This document shows positions 59,181-64,000 of a stretch of 64,000 nucleotides of DNA, one piece after another. The first letter of the stretch is position 1. The number at the start of each line of letters is the position of its first letter. Made by a program: the position numbers and the translations under genes. This stretch comes from Mobula hypostoma (taxonomy: Eukaryota). The stretch spans positions 3,100,001 through 3,164,000 of the forward strand of contig NC_086108.1 of NCBI RefSeq assembly GCF_963921235.1. Direction: 5' to 3'. The notes beneath the pieces are model-generated. The model ran no database searches and was not told where the DNA came from. It saw only the letters and a program-made list of their open reading frames with translations.

Positions 59181-59504
59181 TGGAGGATGTCATCACTGCC
59201 CCAAACACCAGCAGCATAACAGGCAAGAGAGAATTCCACTGAGTGAGGGCTGGACTTTCCCCTGTTGAGTATCACAGTTGCCTGGCACTGGTGTAATATG
59301 AAACCTTTTGGATGAGTCATCAGAGGCTGGGGAAGTCTGAGTCTCATCACGGCTGCTGGAAGTGTTAACATCAAGTCCAGTAAATTCCAGTAATTGTACA
59401 AGCCTGTCTGGTCCCCTAGTCAGCTTGTACTCCTTCTCTTTCCCCGCCCTCTTATTCTGGTCTGTCACGACCTGTGTGTGTTACTCTGGAGCTATTGACC
59501 ATTA

Positions 59505-60990
59505 GAACAAGACTGGGAGACCGCTTCACCGAGCACCTATCTTCCACCTGCCAGAAGAAGCAGGATCTCCCAGCGGCCACCCATGTTAATTCCACTTCCC
59601 ATTCCCATTCCGACATGTATTCTGCCAGACTCTGCAGAAAAAAAATCTCCTTCCTTGTTTTGAGTACGAGTAGATGGTATGATTAACCATTAGACATAGG
59701 ATCAAAATTAGGCCATTTGGCCCATCAAGACTCCCACCATTCCTTCATGGCTGATTTATTATCCAAGTTGAGTGAACTCGGCCTTTTCTCTTGGAGCGAT
59801 GGGGGATGGGAGGTGACCTGATAGGGGTGTATAAGGTGATGAGAGGCATTGATCATGTGGATAGTCAGAGGCTTTTTCCTAGGATTGAAATGGCTATCAG
59901 GAGAAAGCACAGTTTTAAGGTGCTTGGAAGTAGGTACAGAGGAGATGTCAGGGGTAAGGTTTTTACACAGAGAGTGGTGAGTGCATGGAATGGGCTGCCG
60001 GTGACGGTGGTGGAGGTGGATACGATAGGGTCTTTTAAGAGACTGCTGGATAGGTACATGGCGCTTAGAAAAATAGAGGGCTGTGGGTAACCCTAGTAAT
60101 TTCTAAAGTGAGTACATGTTTAGCACAGCATTGTGGGCTGAAAGGCCTGTATTGTGCTGTAGGTTTTCTATGTTTCTATGTCAGTCCATGGTTTTCGCTT
60201 CTGTCGCAATGAGGCCACACTCGGGCTGGAGGGGCAACACCTTATATTCCATCTGGGTAGCCTCCAACCTCATGGCGTGAACATCGATTTCTCCAACTTC
60301 TGGTAATTGCCCCCTCCTTCACTATTCCCCTTTCCTGTTTCCCTCTCTCTCCTTATCTCCTTCCCTGCCCATCACCTCCCTCTGGTGCTCCTCCTCCTTC
60401 CCTTTCTTCCAGAATCTTCTGTCCTCTCCTATCAGATTTCCTCTTCTCTAGCCCTGTATCTCTTTCACCAATCAACTTCCCAGCTCTTTAATTCACTCCT
60501 CTCCCTCTCCCGGTTTTATCTATTCTTTTTAGCGTGTCGCACCAGACAGTCAGCCATTCTTGGCCTGCGCGTGGTGCCAGGATTGGTCTCCTTTCGGATT
60601 AACCGGATCATGATGTGAACGTTCCTGACTCGACCCTTGTTTTTTACGAGGCGAGTGGCTAGCTCGATGCGCAATCCGACACGGATGGAGAGTGTGCTCG
60701 GGGGGTGGATTCGAACTCGGGAGCCTTCGCTCTGGAGTCCGGCGCTGATGCCATTGTGCCACCAGCCGGTGGTTTTATCTATCACCTGTCACCTTGCACT
60801 CCTTTCTCCTCTCCCCCCACCTTCTTACTCTGACTTCTCCCCTAACTTCTCACTCCTGAAGAAGGGTCTCAGCACGAAATGTCGACTGTACTCTTTTCCA
60901 CAGATGCTGCCTGACCTGCTGAGTTCCTCCAGCATTTTATGTGTGATGCTTTGTAATTCCAGCATCTGCTGATTTTCTAGTGTTTGTGAG
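59505..60990 (+). mobile_element. Degenerate Penelope-like element interrupted by a CR1 (about 59767-60180) and a tRNA SINE
   Basis: RLGDRFTEHL...DLPAATHVNSTSHSHSDM peptide that resumes at 60180; tail with hammerhead-like motif at about 60853-60888. Confidence 0.75.
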
Positions 60991-61264
60991 TAGAGCAAGG
61001 AGGGTTGACAATGTACACAGTGACAGTGATTGGTCCCTGAACCTGCCCCCACCCCCCCATCCAAAACAGAGTACAAGGTTTGACATTTTGGGAAAAGATA
61101 CAAAGAGGGTGAGAAGAAACATGTTTTGCTCTGTGGTTGTGATCCACCAGTTGTGATGGTGGAAGCTGTCTCTCGGAGTTTCTGTGGGAAGTGGGGTCAC
61201 TGTTTGAGGAGAATAATATGCAGGGGCAGGGATGAATTCTGGCAGGAGCTGCCTGAGACTCCAT

Positions 61265-61491
61265 GGGGTCCTGTCATTGGCTAGTCTGAGGGTTGACGCC
61301 GAAGGGAGTTCGGGATCCTGTTATCGGCTAGTCTGGGGGTCAACCCTGAAGGGAGTTTGGGGTCCCATCATTGGCTGGTCTGGGGGTCAACACTGAAGGG
61401 AGTTTGGGGTCCCGTTATTGGCTGGTCTGGGGGTCAATACCGAAAGAAGTTCTGAATCCTGTTATCAGCTATTCCAGGGGTTGATACTGAA
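61265..61491. repeat. 47-bp minisatellite, about 5 diverged copies
   Basis: Units start at 61265, 61312, 61359, 61406 and 61453 (GGGGTCCCGTTATTGGCTGGTCTGGGGGTCAACACTGAAGGGAGTTT). Confidence 0.85.
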
Positions 61492-62142
61492 TGTCGAAGG
61501 TCGATCAGAAGTGTGATACCATAGCCCAGTGTCAAAGCCTGGAGGCCCAGAGGTCTGTCCAGGAGCTGGAGGACTGTCCATGTGGGTGGTTGGGAAGGAG
61601 GAATGGGGCTTGTTTTGTTGGTTGTTGTGTTCTGTGTTCTGCTGATCATTTGGGGCTAAGTTGGTGCTGGAATGTGGGGTGCCCCCAGCACATCCTTGGG
61701 TCACGTTGGCTCCTAACATAAATGATGCATTTCCCTGCGTGTTTTGTTGTACACGTGATAAATCTGGATCTGAATCGCCTCATTCCGTGTCACAACGATC
61801 AACAGGTAATTTTAAATGCACTTTACTTCCACACACTACAATGGTGATTTTTTTTTGCCGCCTTGGGATTTCTCAGGATAGGTAACCAAGACAACCATTT
61901 GTAAGGTGGGAAACGTGGCTACTAATTCGTCTCACACAGAGCGGTGTGATACTTGTGGTGGGGCCTGGGTCTGGGCTGTCTCAGCCATCAGATGGCACCG
62001 CTGACCGGGATGACACACAGCATGAAGCCACTCAGTTCTGGGAGACTGCGATTGTGCTTTGCACCCTCCCTCCCTCCCAGTGCAGTCAGGGTAGAAATTA
62101 GGGAGTAAAAAGAAAATGAGAAATTACCCAGAATGTATAATA

Positions 62143-62202
62143 TTTATTCAAAAATCTTTACAAGGTGCTGTAACCAATAGTAAAAACAAAATATAATTTA
62201 TT
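62143..62202 (-). promoter_or_regulatory. Two AATAAA polyadenylation signals for the RIN-family gene (62197-62202 and 62143-62148 on the - strand)
   Basis: TTTATT appears twice on the + strand about 630-680 nt past the stop, followed on the - strand by a U-rich downstream element (tttctcattttctttttactc). Confidence 0.6.
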
Positions 62203-62826
62203 TGTAGGGTTGGGGTAACTGGAAATTGCTGTATATCACACTTCAATATTTGTCCCACCTCTTTCTGCTCGTAACAATGCCCCGTCTCTTCCTGGATCCA
62301 CTTGTTGTGTCTCTTCCTGTCTGCTCATAACTCACTGAGACTAGATATTTGACTGTGTCAGACATCACTGATTGTGATTTTCCCCTGTTATCTGCACTGC
62401 TGTAATCTCCAGATGACAAGAGGGAATGCGGAAACTGAGTCCGACGAGAGGTGGACTACCGTATAAGCCTGCCAACGCGGGAGCTGTGGGGGATGCCACA
62501 ATAGAGTCTCTGCTTAAGGCTGTCGGGGTGAATGACCATTTGAAGGCTGGATCCCCAGTGCAGGGGCTCCGGGTGGGTTAAACTGCCGGGAGGACGAACT
62601 GAGTATTGAGATAGGTTCTGATACTAGACATCCAACTCTAACAGAAACATAGTCGTTCGACGCAGGCAGGTAGATGCATCCATGTGGACGAGAGATAGTC
62701 CCGGCAATCCATCGGTGTTTGGCTGTGCATTTCACAACAGGGAGCCACATCAAGACCCTTGGATTTTGGCCTGGAACTTCCCGGCAGTCCTGCTTTGGTG
62801 GTGTGGGGTGAGGGGTTGGGGGCTTC

Positions 62827-63129
62827 TCACAACGGGGTCAGCTGCTTCTCGTGCTGGGAGCACGGGGTCCCGTCAGCGGGTGCATACACGAAAATGAAGG
62901 CTGTCCCTTCCTTCTGACGAATCTCCTGCTTGACCTGCTGGGGGCAGGCGCCTTCCTCCAGTCGCTTGTAGGAGCTGCCCCTCACCAAGAAGAGGCCGTA
63001 GACCTCTGGCTCCGACACCCCGAACTTCTCGGCACACGCCTTGCACACCTCTGTCACGGTCATGTGAGCGGGGGCCAAGATGGTCACCTGGTTCCCACCG
63101 GGCTCTTGTAGCGAGATAGACAGCAAATC
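62827..63129 (-). CDS. Terminal coding exon of a RIN-family (Ras and Rab interactor; RIN2/RIN3/RINL-like) gene, encoding a Ras-association (RA) domain; upstream exons beyond the window
   Basis: Minus-strand acceptor tctcttcttcccacaaAG, then DLLSISLQEPGGNQVTILAPAHMTVTEVCKACAEKFGVSEPEVYGLFLV...CPQQVKQEI...FIFVY..., which resembles the RIN2/RIN3 RA domain (VCxxCAEKFxVxxPxxYxLFL...P..IK...FxFVY). Stop at 62827-62829. Confidence 0.85.
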   Translation of the reverse strand, partial: DLLSISLQEPGGNQVTILAPAHMTVTEVCKACAEKFGVSEPEVYGLFLVRGSSYKRLEEGACPQQVKQEIRQKEGTAFIFVYAPADGTPCSQHEKQLTPL

Positions 63130-63334
63130 CTTTGTGGGAAGAAGAGACAAGGCGAAGTTAGTGGCAGAAACTTTTAATTTCTGACAAACATCCTCATCTA
63201 CACCAAAGCTCAGTATCGTCTCAGTATTCCTGGGGGCATCACGGGCACAACCCTCCCCACCAGCAAGGACATCTTCAAGAGGCGGTGGCTTAAGAAGGCA
63301 GCATTCATCATTAAACACCCTCACCATCCACATC

Positions 63335-63930
63335 TTACAGGCAAAGCCATGGAGCATTACGAGACAAAAACAGGCCCTGCGGTCCATCTAGTCTGTTCCA
63401 AATGGTTTTTCTGCCTAGTCCCATGGACTATGGCCCTCCATGCCCCTTCCATCCATGTACTTATCCAAAACGTGGCAATCAAACCCATATCCACCACTTC
63501 AGTGGGCAAATCGTTCTACACTCACATCACCTTCTGAGTGAAGAAATTCCCCCTCAGGTTCCCCTTAGGCATTTCACCTTTCACCCTTAACCCATGACCT
63601 CTAGTTCCAGTCTCACCCAACCTCAGTGGGAAAAGCCTGCTTGCATTTACCCTATCTATACACCTCATAATTTTGTATACCTCTACCACATCTCCCCTCA
63701 TTCTCCTACGCTCCAGGGAATGAAGTCCCAACTTCTTTAACTTTTCCCTATAAACTGAGGACCTCGAGTCCCAGCAACATCCTTGCTAAGTTTCTCTGTG
63801 CCCTTCAATCTTATTAACATCTTTCCTGTAGGTAGGTGACCAAAAATTAGGCCTCCCCAACAGCTCCTGTACACAATTCTTTGAATTATGAAGGCCAATG
63901 TGCCAAAAGCTCTCTTTATAACCCTGTCTA
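63335..63930 (-). mobile_element. CR1 LINE 3' fragment in the last intron of the RIN-family gene
   Basis: LERRRMRGDVVEVYKIMR...TRGHGLRVKG...NFFTQ peptide. Confidence 0.85.
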
Positions 63931-64000
63931 ACTGAGACTATTACGAATGTCTGAGAGAACGTACAGGAACTTGAAGACCCATACTCAACATTTTAGGAAC

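Noticed and set aside
59193..59468. 91-aa minus-strand ORF as an extra exon or gene
   Set aside because: No recognisable domain or convincing splice sites; its inverted copy contains stops.

Overview
This is vertebrate genomic DNA. The repeat content (CR1 LINEs, V-type tRNA SINEs, Penelope-like elements) points by inference to a cartilaginous fish, probably a ray. The + strand carries 11 coding exons of KPTN (kaptin, KICSTOR subunit) at 3359-50434; all introns are GT-AG, the phases are consistent, and the first exon lies upstream of the window. Converging on it from the - strand is the last exon (62827-63129) of a RIN-family Rab5 GEF gene, which encodes a Ras-association (RA) domain. Almost everything else is transposon-derived: many CR1 fragments (one family very young), a full-length but decayed L1 with a 10-bp TSD, Rex1/Babar and RTE fragments, hAT and Tc1 derivatives, and an internally deleted Chapaev3-type DNA transposon. 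Four structures stand out. (i) A Penelope-like (GIY-YIG) element family whose 3' end carries a minimal hammerhead ribozyme and repeatedly occurs as head-to-head fold-backs, including a ~1.86-kb hairpin with a 14-bp TSD inside the L1. (ii) A 57-bp satellite amplified from the same element's tail. (iii) A KPTN intron filled by a ~5.1-kb C-rich, almost G-free tract, which produces the giant spurious ORFs. (iv) The RA-domain exon, which may belong to a RINL orthologue. Exon coordinates were read base by base; many repeat boundaries are approximate. No database searches were run.
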